The notes under the pieces: generated by a model
The model's database searches: none
What the model was told of the DNA's origin: nothing
The model's input: only the letters and a program-made list of their open reading frames with translations
Part shown: positions 19,115 through 29,093 of the stretch, one piece after another
Layout: each line of letters begins with the position of its first letter
Numbering within the stretch: the first letter of the stretch is position 1
Translations under genes and position numbers: made by a program
Assembly: GCA_964406315.1 (NCBI GenBank)
Contig: CAYORG010000013.1
Span: 365 to 64,364 of the forward strand
Reading direction: 5' to 3'
Origin: an uncultured Bacteroidales bacterium
GTDB taxonomy: Bacteria; Bacteroidota; Bacteroidia; Bacteroidales; UBA10428
DNA: 64,000 bases

Positions 19115-20656
19115 TTATCTGACAATTGTAATGTTAACCACATTACCGGTATCGGTTACGATGAAGTAATTGCCCATGGGTAAAAGATTTCCTGCATTGT
19201 TTGTGCCGTCCCAATAGTCAGGTGTTGCCAGTTCTTTTATGAGATTGCCATCACGGTTGTATATCTTAACTGAACCTTCGTGCGGTATAAAATACCTGTC
19301 TTCTATATCATCACCATTAGGAGTAAATACAGGATAATTTTCAAGGCATTTTTGCAGGATTGTAATTCTTTCCGGGAAAGTTGCAATACAATCCCTGGCG
19401 TCGATCACCTCAAGATTATACACACCTTCGGGTACATCAGATAATGAAGCGTGCAATTGTCCGGTAAGTATATTCCGCAGCCTGTACTTGTACTCTCCAA
19501 TGTAATTTCTTACCTCGGAATCAGTGATATCAACAGTGCCTTCATTCCAGCAATCAGCTTCCTCCTTATGAAATTGCATTGCGGAGATCTCCAGTATGTT
19601 GACATCTACCTGAATGGTATCGTAGTCAGCACAGCCATATTCGTTAACGGCTTTGACAATTAATGTGGTATCTTCAAATACTTCAATGGTTTCACCTGTT
19701 ATCTGATCCGACCAATAAACAACAGTATTACTTTCTGATACAACATCTGTCTGAAGCACAACCCTGTCACATTCCTGTTGTTCTATTACATTGATCACCG
19801 GGGTCTCAATCACTTCAATATAAACGGTGTCTGTTGCCTGGCAGCCGTCCTGATCAGTGATCACAATATAATACCCGCTTTCCGATAATTCATTTACCGG
19901 ATTGTAAGTTTCCTGGCCGTCGTAAAATGTAAAATCAACAAGACTTATTTCATTACGTGTATAATCTGAGCCTTCACAAACCGAAAAAGTATCCTCTTCC
20001 AGGTCCAGAAATATAGTCTCAAGTATGGATATTTCCATATGATCCTCTTCCAGACAATAATCGGTTTCAAGAGTAAGTGTATAGTTCCCCGGGGCACTTC
20101 TTTCAGATACGATGGCTCCCATGCTATCTATATATAATCCCGGTGGATCAGACACAAAAGAAACCTGCTCCAGCGGCAGATCCGTAACAGGCAAAACTCT
20201 TTCAGCTCCCATACAAATCCTTGTTTCCGGATAATCAAAACTATACGAAGAGGCTTCAAAAGCGCCAATAGTAAGCACACATGAAGCATCTACAGAGTCA
20301 ATAGCATATTGAACATTGGATGCATTGCAATCTCTTGAAAGTGAGTAGACAGAAAATTCAAGGTTCATATAATCAGGAGACACATCGAGCTGTCCGCCAC
20401 TAAAGATTTCAAGCATATTTAATGAATCCGGATAATACACTATCGATTCGTAATATTGATTATCATCAGTACCTAAAGTATTCACAGAAATCATATCACC
20501 GGCTTGCAAAGGCATGCTATCCAATAAGGGGATGCAGTCGAGATGAATATACAAATTTGTATCACAGACAATGGAATCTCCTGCCTGGCAATAACTATGA
20601 ATCATACACAAATTGCATACTATTAAAAAAACAATATGGAAAATCTTTTTTTTCAC
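19115..20656 (-). CDS. T9SS type-B cargo (gliding motility-associated C-terminal domain) surface protein
   Basis: Signal peptide; Cys-paired Ig-like/SprB-like repeats; VFTPNGDDIEDRY...IYNRDG...WDG...LPMGNY...ITIVR. Confidence 0.85.
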   Translation of the reverse strand: MKKKIFHIVFLIVCNLCMIHSYCQAGDSIVCDTNLYIHLDCIPLLDSMPLQAGDMISVNTLGTDDNQYYESIVYYPDSLNMLEIFSGGQLDVSPDYMNLEFSVYSLSRDCNASNVQYAIDSVDASCVLTIGAFEASSYSFDYPETRICMGAERVLPVTDLPLEQVSFVSDPPGLYIDSMGAIVSERSAPGNYTLTLETDYCLEEDHMEISILETIFLDLEEDTFSVCEGSDYTRNEISLVDFTFYDGQETYNPVNELSESGYYIVITDQDGCQATDTVYIEVIETPVINVIEQQECDRVVLQTDVVSESNTVVYWSDQITGETIEVFEDTTLIVKAVNEYGCADYDTIQVDVNILEISAMQFHKEEADCWNEGTVDITDSEVRNYIGEYKYRLRNILTGQLHASLSDVPEGVYNLEVIDARDCIATFPERITILQKCLENYPVFTPNGDDIEDRYFIPHEGSVKIYNRDGNLIKELATPDYWDGTNNAGNLLPMGNYFIVTDTGNVVNITIVR

Positions 20657-20836
20657 TCCAAAATTTTTCTGCCATATCAGGTATCATTGATCAATAGTCT
20701 TATGTGAATGCTCGTATTCTGTAGTATCTCTGAATTCAATACCTGTACTACAAACAGTATGGCTTGTAAATTTAATGATTCTGGTGTTATATAAAATTAA
20801 ACTTTTCTCCATACTCTCATTCTTTTTTAATTAAAG

Positions 20837-20868
20837 TATCCGGAGAGTTCGTAAAAACCCTCCGGATA
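20837..20868 (-). terminator. Hairpin terminator downstream of the PKD gene
   Basis: TATCCGGAG / CTCCGGATA stem. Confidence 0.5.
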
Positions 20869-20884
20869 TTGGCAGCGATTAATA

Positions 20885-22636
20885 CTACTTAATAACACTA
20901 ACTCTCCCTCTGAGAACTAGTTCAGACGAGGAGATCAGGTATATATAGGATCCGGTCTCAAATTCATTCAGCGGAATTTCCAGCTGATTGTTACCGGCTG
21001 TAGCCAAATAGCTTGTTCTTCTCTTCACTGCTTTCCCCAGCATGTCAATAAACTGGATTGTGATCTGGCGTTCGGTATCACTGAAAAGATCAATAACCAG
21101 ATTGTCAGATGCCGGATTTGGGTATGCATTCAGTATAGACAGTGCTTTATCTGATTGTGGTGGAATGAATCCACTGGGATTGCATTCGGCCCTGAAAATA
21201 CTGTCTCTGTTTTCCCATGATACAAGGATTGTTTTGCATGTTCTTGCTGCACAATTGTTTTCATAAAACACCTCCAGACATACATCATAATAGCCTTCAT
21301 TTGTATAAATATGAGCAGCGATCGGATCATAAGAATAATATCCATCACCAAAATCCCAGGAATAAGACCATGCTTCACGTTCCAGTATGGGAGTAAACAT
21401 ATGAGCTATATCGTAACCCAAACAATCAGGCACCAACAATTCCCAGGTGAAATCTACAGAGCAATAAGCATTACCGACATTTACAGTAGTACAATAGGTA
21501 TCACTACATCCATTTTCCGAATATATATGAAGGCATACATCATATAGCCCCGGTTCATAGTAAATATGCACAGGATTCTTTTCGCTTGAATACGACCCGT
21601 CGCCAAACTCCCATCTTGACTCATAAGGTTCAGGTGTTGATAAGTTCTTAAAGCCCACAGCAAAAACATCATCGCTATAATATACATCATCGGCCATGCT
21701 GCTGTAATTGCAATATTCGAAATAGGCAGCGCAACTATCTGGTATACCAACTGTAACATGAGTGCAATATGTATCTTCACAACCATCCGAACAAGACACT
21801 GTCAGGCATACATTGTATATACCGGACGCGGGAAATTCATGAAACGGATGTTGCTCTTCAGATGTGGTGCTATCATCAAAATCCCAGTACCATTGGGTGA
21901 CATTTCCTTCTGAAAGATCGATAAAATGCAACAGTGTACTGCCAGGAAAATCATAGACCGGAGTATCAACCGGACAGTAATACCAGAACATTGCCTTGCA
22001 ATCTCCAGGAATAGAATCTGTAACATGAATTGTCTCGCAATAACTACTATAACAACTGTCTGATGTTACAATAGTCAGACAAACCTCGTAATTGCCCGGG
22101 GCTGGAAATTCATACACAGGATTTTCCACTCCGTCAATAACCTCATCTTCAAATTGCCAGTGCCATTCAATCACATCACCTGTAGACCGGTCGTAAAACT
22201 GATACACATAAGCCATAGGTGGGATTGTATCAGAAGAAACAGAATCCACGGGAAACACGGGAATACGCTCATAGACAAATGAAGCCTGACATTCAGGTTC
22301 TTCAACCGGCTGACAACAGGTCAGATGTACCAGAAATCCGATACCACACTGATTCGATACGGAATCTATCACTTCGAAGCCAAAAACAATACGCAGGCTG
22401 TCGTGAAAAAAATCCGGAACAGAATTATCAGCAAGCTGAAGACTGGTCCCATTATCCATAATGATCTGATATCCGCAACTGTCAACTGACAAATCGATAA
22501 CTGTTCCATAATACGTACAATCGTCACTATAGTCACCAGACTGTGCACCTGATGCCATAGATGTAAGAAAAAAAATACTGAGCAATAAAAAAATGCCCAA
22601 AGAAGATTTAGTGCTGGGTTTTAATTTGGTATACAT
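20885..22636 (-). CDS. PKD-repeat protein (about 4 PKD domains) with T9SS type-A CTD
   Basis: Repeated C..F...F.D.S.G....W.WDF.D....S...P.H.F...G.Y.VCL...C..TYC; C-terminal AYPNPASD...DMLGK...GSYIY. Confidence 0.88.
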   Translation of the reverse strand: MYTKLKPSTKSSLGIFLLLSIFFLTSMASGAQSGDYSDDCTYYGTVIDLSVDSCGYQIIMDNGTSLQLADNSVPDFFHDSLRIVFGFEVIDSVSNQCGIGFLVHLTCCQPVEEPECQASFVYERIPVFPVDSVSSDTIPPMAYVYQFYDRSTGDVIEWHWQFEDEVIDGVENPVYEFPAPGNYEVCLTIVTSDSCYSSYCETIHVTDSIPGDCKAMFWYYCPVDTPVYDFPGSTLLHFIDLSEGNVTQWYWDFDDSTTSEEQHPFHEFPASGIYNVCLTVSCSDGCEDTYCTHVTVGIPDSCAAYFEYCNYSSMADDVYYSDDVFAVGFKNLSTPEPYESRWEFGDGSYSSEKNPVHIYYEPGLYDVCLHIYSENGCSDTYCTTVNVGNAYCSVDFTWELLVPDCLGYDIAHMFTPILEREAWSYSWDFGDGYYSYDPIAAHIYTNEGYYDVCLEVFYENNCAARTCKTILVSWENRDSIFRAECNPSGFIPPQSDKALSILNAYPNPASDNLVIDLFSDTERQITIQFIDMLGKAVKRRTSYLATAGNNQLEIPLNEFETGSYIYLISSSELVLRGRVSVIK

Positions 22637-22760
22637 AATTCGATATTATTTGATTATTCATATATAATCAAACTACAATCGAACAATGAAAAAGTAACCT
22701 TCAGCAGCAATTCTGATAATTCATAAACAGCAAAGACTTCGCACAGGGTAATTACCAGTA

Positions 22761-23672
22761 CTACAAATGATAAACTAATCCAAGTTCAAGATAATCGGTA
22801 TTGATCTCAACATTACGAACAGGTGAAAATACATAGGTAAGATGGATATTCAATTTGCTTTTGGATGAGAGCACATCATTGATCCCCGCACAAATGTTGA
22901 TCATATCATTATCATGCAACCCGGTTGAAATAAATAACCTCTCATGAATCGTAAGATTGATATTCATATCAAACAACATTTTATGGGTTGCATATTCATC
23001 CTTTTTTGTCAATGGGATACACAAGGCCAGGTTGGGGACAATAAGAAAGTCTTCGGAAAAATACCACTTTCTTTCTGCAGTAATATTTATATAGGGAGCC
23101 AGCACGGTGATTTCCTCCAGAGGTTTGATCTCACTATTAAAAATCTGATTCACGGAAATACCGGCATGAAAAGAAGAGTTATACAATTGAACTCCAACTG
23201 CCGCATCAGGTTTAATATCAGATCCATCGCCTGATAAAGGTGTGCCTTTCACCATGTAATTCATCCCTCCTATTTGAAATCCCCCGGCAAATTTGATCTG
23301 CTTTGTAAGATTTCCATGCCAGACATAGATCGCATAAAACCGGCTGCGATTTAAATATTTACCTTCACGATCGTTGTACAACAACACACCAATTGTACTA
23401 AACGGTTTATTCATTCCATTGCCTGACAGGATCCTCATGTTCGCATTAAAATAATAAGTGGATATTTTGCTGAAATTACCGAGCATTCTTCGGTTACCCA
23501 GTGAAAGCTCAAGCTTTGCGCGGGAACCTGCCGTGGATGGATTCAACAAGGGATAACAATCATAATATTGATTGAACCGTACAGGATATCTGACAACCTG
23601 ATACTGGCCATTCAAAACAAAAACATGACGCAGCAACAAAATAACAATGACTATGTGTTTCCAGATTGCCAA
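22761..23672 (-). CDS. PorP/SprF family T9SS outer-membrane protein
   Basis: FNQYYDCYPLLNPSTAG, IGVLLYNDREG, PDAAVG, GISVNQ pattern; lies upstream of type-B cargo. Confidence 0.8.
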   Translation of the reverse strand: MAIWKHIVIVILLLRHVFVLNGQYQVVRYPVRFNQYYDCYPLLNPSTAGSRAKLELSLGNRRMLGNFSKISTYYFNANMRILSGNGMNKPFSTIGVLLYNDREGKYLNRSRFYAIYVWHGNLTKQIKFAGGFQIGGMNYMVKGTPLSGDGSDIKPDAAVGVQLYNSSFHAGISVNQIFNSEIKPLEEITVLAPYINITAERKWYFSEDFLIVPNLALCIPLTKKDEYATHKMLFDMNINLTIHERLFISTGLHDNDMINICAGINDVLSSKSKLNIHLTYVFSPVRNVEINTDYLELGLVYHL

Positions 23673-23735
23673 AATAGTAGATTACGCGCTGGTTGAACTG
23701 TTTTTCCCAGGAACAATAATTATTCCATACTTTTT

Positions 23736-24443
23736 TTGATCACCAAAAATAATCAACTTGAACTAATATTGGACAAAAGTTATTTCGCTGATAAAAGAAT
23801 TTTGACTATTATACGGGAAATGGTTACTTTCCATTTTCATATTTGTAGTATTAAAAAAGCCAGTAATTCCGGAAAACTGAAAACAACGAACTCAGAAATA
23901 GTAAACTGTCTTAAAAACGGTTATAATGATAAGATCTTGGAGCATCTGTATACCGGAGTATTCCCGAAAGTGAAAGCGTATGTCCTGTCGAATTCCGGTT
24001 CATGTGATGATGCAATAGACATTTTTCAGGATGCTGTTGTCATTCTTTGCAAACACATAAAATCAGGCAGGTATAACACAAACTATGAAATAGATGCTTT
24101 TTTATATAGTGTAAGCAGAAATTTATGGATCAATAAAGCAAAAAGGGATCTCCGGCAAACAGAGCTGCCTGAAAACTATGAAGAAAAGGAACCATATGAT
24201 TTTACTGATGACATCATTACCCATGAAAAAGAAAAAACCATTAAACAATTGATTCGTGAACTGGGGAAAAAATGTTATGAATTGCTTTCATATGCTCTCT
24301 ACCAGAATTTATCCGGAGAGGAAATTTGCAAAAAGATGGGGTTTGCCACGGTAAATGCCGTAAAAACACAAAAATACAAATGCAAACAAAAACTGATCAA
24401 GATGATTGAAACGAATCCTTCGTATAAAGAAGTCCTTGAATAA
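23736..24443 (+). CDS. ECF sigma-70 factor (true start probably later: ATG 23820 or CTG 23877)
   Basis: Region 2 DAIDIFQDAVVIL..., FLYSVSRNLW; region 4 LGKKCYELL...EEICKKMGFATVNAVKTQKYKCKQKL. Confidence 0.9.
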   Translation: MITKNNQLELILDKSYFADKRILTIIREMVTFHFHICSIKKASNSGKLKTTNSEIVNCLKNGYNDKILEHLYTGVFPKVKAYVLSNSGSCDDAIDIFQDAVVILCKHIKSGRYNTNYEIDAFLYSVSRNLWINKAKRDLRQTELPENYEEKEPYDFTDDIITHEKEKTIKQLIRELGKKCYELLSYALYQNLSGEEICKKMGFATVNAVKTQKYKCKQKLIKMIETNPSYKEVLE

Positions 24444-24444
24444 T

Positions 24445-25605
24445 ATGACAAAAGACATAGATAAATATGAACTCATAGAACGGTATCTGACAGGTCAATT
24501 GTCGGCTGAAAAATTAACTGACCTTGAGCGTCGTATAGAACGTGATCCTGATTTTGCGCGTGAAGTAGACAAGCACAGGGCAATTTCTTCGATCATTCGG
24601 GATGGAGTATTGCTGGAGATCAGGGAAAAAGTGAAAACAATACACAAAAGCAAAACATCCTATACCCTGTTCCGGAATTCAGGGAGAAGAATAATAACCC
24701 TGTCAGTTGCAGGTGTATTGATTTTCATGTCCATAATGTTCATAAGGAATATCAGAAAAGATCGTGATGGCAGGCTACCCGGAGAACAAGCACTTCCTGT
24801 AACAGATACTTCAATCAGGCAGAATCAGAGAACAGACAGTGTTCATAATGGATCATTTCAGATAAACAAGAAAAAAGCCGCACCAACTATGCATGAAAAT
24901 CTATATAAGAAACCATCAACGCCTGGTATTGAAAAGATATCCAATAAAGCCGATACAGCACAGGAAGAAAAAACAATCAATATCATACGAGCAAAAAAGA
25001 TGCAGGTTTCCGATTCAACAGTTGTAACTCCGGAACTTATGCCTGTTGCTGATGATAATGAATCGCATGCCGATCATGGAACAGATAGTATGGATTGCAG
25101 CCAGGTTGCGATCTTTGCCAGGGTAGAAACTGAAGAAAGTTGCGAACAAAGACCCACTGGCAGAATACGTATTGTGAAAACATCAATTCAGGGAGGGACA
25201 CCGCCGTATAGTGTGTCGATAGACAATGGCAAAAATTTCTATCCATCATTTGTATTTGAAAAATTATATCCAGGAAGTTATATGTTATGGTTGAAAGACA
25301 AATACAATTGCATGACAAAAACAGGAAATTACCGTATACCGTCTGTCGACTGCGACTTTGATTTTATCTTTGCGCCCGATGAAGGAGAACTATGGAAAGC
25401 ACCAAGTTATGGCGATGCAGGTTTTTTGAAAATCTATACCAAACAGGGTAAACTTGTATTTACAAACCGGATCGATTATGGTGAAATATATTTGTGGGAT
25501 GGCATGTCTTTAACGGATAATCCCCTGCCCATGGGAGTATATCGTTTCATCCTTGAACTTGATAACCACGATCCGGTAGTTGGTAATGTGACTATTGTAA
25601 GATAG
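24445..25605 (+). CDS. Anti-sigma-like single-pass membrane protein ending in a SprB-like repeat and a T9SS type-B CTD
   Basis: ATG 1 nt after the sigma stop. N-terminal ELIERYLTGQLS...DPDFAREV helices; TM ITLSVAGVLIFMSIMFI; charged linker; GGTPPYSVSIDNG repeat; LKIYTKQG...WDG...LPMGVY...NVTIVR. Confidence 0.7.
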   Translation: MTKDIDKYELIERYLTGQLSAEKLTDLERRIERDPDFAREVDKHRAISSIIRDGVLLEIREKVKTIHKSKTSYTLFRNSGRRIITLSVAGVLIFMSIMFIRNIRKDRDGRLPGEQALPVTDTSIRQNQRTDSVHNGSFQINKKKAAPTMHENLYKKPSTPGIEKISNKADTAQEEKTINIIRAKKMQVSDSTVVTPELMPVADDNESHADHGTDSMDCSQVAIFARVETEESCEQRPTGRIRIVKTSIQGGTPPYSVSIDNGKNFYPSFVFEKLYPGSYMLWLKDKYNCMTKTGNYRIPSVDCDFDFIFAPDEGELWKAPSYGDAGFLKIYTKQGKLVFTNRIDYGEIYLWDGMSLTDNPLPMGVYRFILELDNHDPVVGNVTIVR

Positions 25606-25692
25606 CAAACATAGCGAAGCAATCTGGTCATTCCTGTGTATCGAGATTCAGGTTGGATGCTAATCAAAGGCTTCATTTTTCCAGTTAACGGA

Positions 25693-25812
25693 CCAGCACC
25701 CAGCAACAAACAACCAGCATCAAGAAACCATCTCACTCTCTCATCTTCCCACTCTCTCACCCTCTCATTTTCGCAACTTCTTGCTTCCGGCTTCACGCTT
25801 CTGACTGCCTCT
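25693..25812. repeat. Composite 7-mer/8-mer/7-mer degenerate microsatellite tract
   Basis: CCAGCAC CCAGCAA CAAACAA CCAGCAT CAAGAAA; TCTCACTC TCTCATCT TCCCACTC TCTCACCC TCTCATTT; CTTCTTG CTTCCGG CTTCACG CTTCTGA. Confidence 0.8.
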
Positions 25813-26751
25813 TTACTGCCTGATAAAAGCCAGTACTTCCATCAGAAAAGCTATGCCTCCGTGGATAAAAACTCCTCCCCAGATATTCCGGCTATACAAC
25901 GCTATTATACCCAGGATGTATCCACCAAAAACCGAACTTATGGCTTCACCCATAGGTTTACCAAAATGCAAAACTGCATATGCGGCAGTCATAGGAAGTA
26001 CAACATTTTTCCCTAGAAGTCTGGATAAACCGATGACCAAAAACCCTCTGAAAAAGACCTCTGTATTTAAAAAACTTGAGAGGTATACCGTTTCGTACAG
26101 CAACATGCTTATTTTTTTAGAAAATTGATAATAATTCGCAAAATGAACACCTCCCGATCCCTTGTAGGTAGGATAATAATCAATAAAATCAGGTGTAAAT
26201 GATGCTATAAGAACAAGCGGGGAAACTACAAGGAACATCAAAAAATAAATACGATAATTTACTTTCCTGAAACGCAATCCATAGATGCCAAAATCTTCCC
26301 GTCTGTCGAATATACATTTCATGATTGCCAGCATTCCCAGGATGGTGATAAAACCATACACATTGTATACCAATTCACGACAGAACTTGAATATATGAGA
26401 TGGAACAAAGTTTTTCAGAACTTCTGCAATATAAGGAAACACTGAGCGATCAACCGATAGAATAAGGAATCCAAGGATGCTTTTAATCCAAAACTCAGAG
26501 GAAAGCAAGAGCTTCCCCCTGCCAAAAAAATAAATGATCAGTAAAACACCAAAATAAGCCTGTGCATGATAACAGAAATAGAAAAGTATACGGATAGGTT
26601 TGCCATAATACCTGTCAATGTAACTGTTTTCAATATCAAATAAATAGTTTATAGTAATCAGGGTAACAATAAAGAGAGCAATAAAAACATACATTTTTGT
26701 ATGGTAATACTCTTTATGAAAATCTCTGAAATACCTGAATATTATTTTCAT
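25813..26751 (-). CDS. CPBP family (CAAX/Abi) intramembrane metalloprotease
   Basis: Multiple TM helices; TEVFFRGF, LHFGKPMGE, IHGGIA motifs. Confidence 0.85.
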   Translation of the reverse strand: MKIIFRYFRDFHKEYYHTKMYVFIALFIVTLITINYLFDIENSYIDRYYGKPIRILFYFCYHAQAYFGVLLIIYFFGRGKLLLSSEFWIKSILGFLILSVDRSVFPYIAEVLKNFVPSHIFKFCRELVYNVYGFITILGMLAIMKCIFDRREDFGIYGLRFRKVNYRIYFLMFLVVSPLVLIASFTPDFIDYYPTYKGSGGVHFANYYQFSKKISMLLYETVYLSSFLNTEVFFRGFLVIGLSRLLGKNVVLPMTAAYAVLHFGKPMGEAISSVFGGYILGIIALYSRNIWGGVFIHGGIAFLMEVLAFIRQ

Positions 26752-26975
26752 GACAATGTGAATGCAAAATATACTGTAACCAGAAATTCTAATGCATTGG
26801 ATGCAACAAGATAAAAATAAATCCTTTAGTTGAATCAGCCTTTTTCAAATTAATCATTGAAAGGTTGATTCTCTTTATGAATTCAAGGGAGTGAATTGCT
26901 CGTGGAAATCAAAACAAATGAGTCTTTCCGGTACAATTTTTGTTGTACTTCTAACACAACCTCAATTCAAACACT

Positions 26976-27707
26976 ATGAAATACTCATTGTCGTTTTTAT
27001 TGTTCGCAAGCCTCAGCATTCATGTTATATCTCAACCTGTCAGAGTCGTCCCTTACTATGAATGGTCAGATCCAATTGCTTTTCAGTTAAGTCGCAGTCC
27101 GTTAATTACCGGATACGGAGAATGCAGCGATTCACTGTCCCAGGTTTATGATGGAATGATCTTCTATGAATACAATGGCGCGTATTATGGAATTGAAAAC
27201 TGGGCAGATTACTATTACTGGTATACAAAAAAATACTGGTACTATTTCGATGAACCCGAATTGTATGAATTTTTCTATCTTACAGGAAATGATTATGGAA
27301 TGGCATCCTATATTGCAGGCAATTATTACAGATGCCATTACTACCCTTCATTGATCTCTTTACAATTCACAAATCGAAAACCTCAATACAACAGACTCAG
27401 AGATACAAAATACTGTGCTCAGAGTGCCAAAGAAATAAAACGATTGAATAAGGCCCTGGATAATGCGTTTGTAAAAAAGTTGAATTCGTCACAAAAAAAG
27501 GAATCATATTGTCAAAAATACAGGAATTATTCATACTCCTATAGCGGAACGCATACAACATGTGCATACAAAATTGCCGGCAAAACAGGTTATGCAGGGC
27601 AAAGAAACAGACAAGCACCTGTTAATTCCTCTGTAAACAGGATTTCATCCACTGTTCAGTCATCAGGAACAACAGAACTTGCACGAGTTGCAGAAACATT
27701 GAAATAA
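26976..27707 (+). CDS. Secreted Tyr-rich hypothetical protein
   Basis: 243-aa ORF with a signal peptide, a Tyr/Trp-rich central segment and a basic tail; no family recognised. Confidence 0.6.
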   Translation: MKYSLSFLLFASLSIHVISQPVRVVPYYEWSDPIAFQLSRSPLITGYGECSDSLSQVYDGMIFYEYNGAYYGIENWADYYYWYTKKYWYYFDEPELYEFFYLTGNDYGMASYIAGNYYRCHYYPSLISLQFTNRKPQYNRLRDTKYCAQSAKEIKRLNKALDNAFVKKLNSSQKKESYCQKYRNYSYSYSGTHTTCAYKIAGKTGYAGQRNRQAPVNSSVNRISSTVQSSGTTELARVAETLK

Positions 27708-27730
27708 GCAGATAATTAACCTGAAAAAGG

Positions 27731-28396
27731 TTATTCTTTTTTTGTAATTGTTCTGCCAAGCTTGTATGCCTGATCCATAAGCTCCCGGTTTTTATTAAGA
27801 TCTTCACTGGCAAGATAAGGCGGTAAATTCATTTTATCATAAAGTTCAATAAGTTCCTCTTTTGTTTTAATCAAGTGGTTTATAACAGCCAGCCTGGTTG
27901 CCGTAATAATATGCAATCTGTTTTCCTGACCCAGAACTGTTTTAAAGAAATTGAACAGGTCAATTATCGGAGCAGCTTCAAGTGCATTGGAAGAACCCAT
28001 GGTCAGAATTAAAACAAAATCTTTCTTCCACTTGTGCCAGGGTATATATTCGAGTTCAGATTCTGTGATCAAGACCTTTACAAAAGAACGGAACCGATCC
28101 AGCAGTCTTTTCATTGGAGCCGTAACATGATGAAAATAAATCGGGGTGGCAAATACCAGCACATCAGCATCAAGAATTTTTTCACTGAGCTGATTCCATT
28201 CATCATTATGTATAGTGCAGCGTCCGACAAGGTTGCAACGCAGACAACCACGACAATACTCAAGGTTTAATTCGTGAGCATATACGGATTCGATACGTCT
28301 TGTATTTGCTTTGGCACCATCCAAAAATCTCTTAAGCAAAAGTGCCGTATTCCCGCTTTTTCTGATGCTTCCGTTGAATGCCAGAACGTTTTTCAT
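27731..28396 (-). CDS. Flavodoxin family / iron-sulfur flavoprotein (Isf-like)
   Basis: NGSIRKSGNT FMN loop; CRGCLRCNLVGRC (Cx2Cx2Cx5C); ATPIYF...KRLLDR. Confidence 0.85.
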   Translation of the reverse strand: MKNVLAFNGSIRKSGNTALLLKRFLDGAKANTRRIESVYAHELNLEYCRGCLRCNLVGRCTIHNDEWNQLSEKILDADVLVFATPIYFHHVTAPMKRLLDRFRSFVKVLITESELEYIPWHKWKKDFVLILTMGSSNALEAAPIIDLFNFFKTVLGQENRLHIITATRLAVINHLIKTKEELIELYDKMNLPPYLASEDLNKNRELMDQAYKLGRTITKKE

Positions 28397-28416
28397 GAGT
28401 TTATCCTTGTTAAAAG

Positions 28417-28794
28417 TCAGGCAGTTTCTACAAAAGAAGTATCTTTAAAGTAATCGCTGATAAAGCAAATTTTTTCACCGGAAAAGTGCAGAAGGGTAAT
28501 CCCACTGTTACTATAAAGTTTGCCGCTGACATGTTCCCCATCATTTGTCCAGACAGCACATGTCTTTTGTTTCCCTTCAATTACATCTGAAACATGAAAT
28601 GTCAACTGATTGTATTTTCTCAACAGGGCTTTCAGAAAAACAATCACCCTTTTGCTTCCTTCAATGCGCCCTGCTCCAGGAAAATCGAATGAAATATCAT
28701 CAGTGATATTTTGTTCCAGATCTGAGAAATCACGGGTATTCATGGCATTGAAAACAGTCAGTGTCAATTGCCTGAGAGAAACTGCATTTGTCAT
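28417..28794 (-). CDS. SnoaL/NTF2-like protein
   Basis: DISFDFPGAGRIEG, AVWTNDG...YSNSG.TLLHF..EKI..ISDYF. Confidence 0.75.
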   Translation of the reverse strand: MTNAVSLRQLTLTVFNAMNTRDFSDLEQNITDDISFDFPGAGRIEGSKRVIVFLKALLRKYNQLTFHVSDVIEGKQKTCAVWTNDGEHVSGKLYSNSGITLLHFSGEKICFISDYFKDTSFVETA

Positions 28795-29093
28795 ACATCT
28801 GCTTTTTTGATAAAATATTGCGAAAAATAGTAATTTTTGTTGGTTATAAAAGATATTATTCCTTTCCCAAACTATTTTGCATGACTCAATTTATTTAAAA
28901 TACCCTTGACTGAATTAGCACCACTTTTCTATGACAGAATATAAATTGCATTATATGCACGTACTTCTTTAATCTGTTTAAGTACAATAGAATATTTTAT
29001 GTATTTTAGAAATTATTTGGAAAAGGAGTAATCCCAGTATATTAATTCTACCCACTTTATTGATCTTAATTTCGAACTCAATACTATAATATT

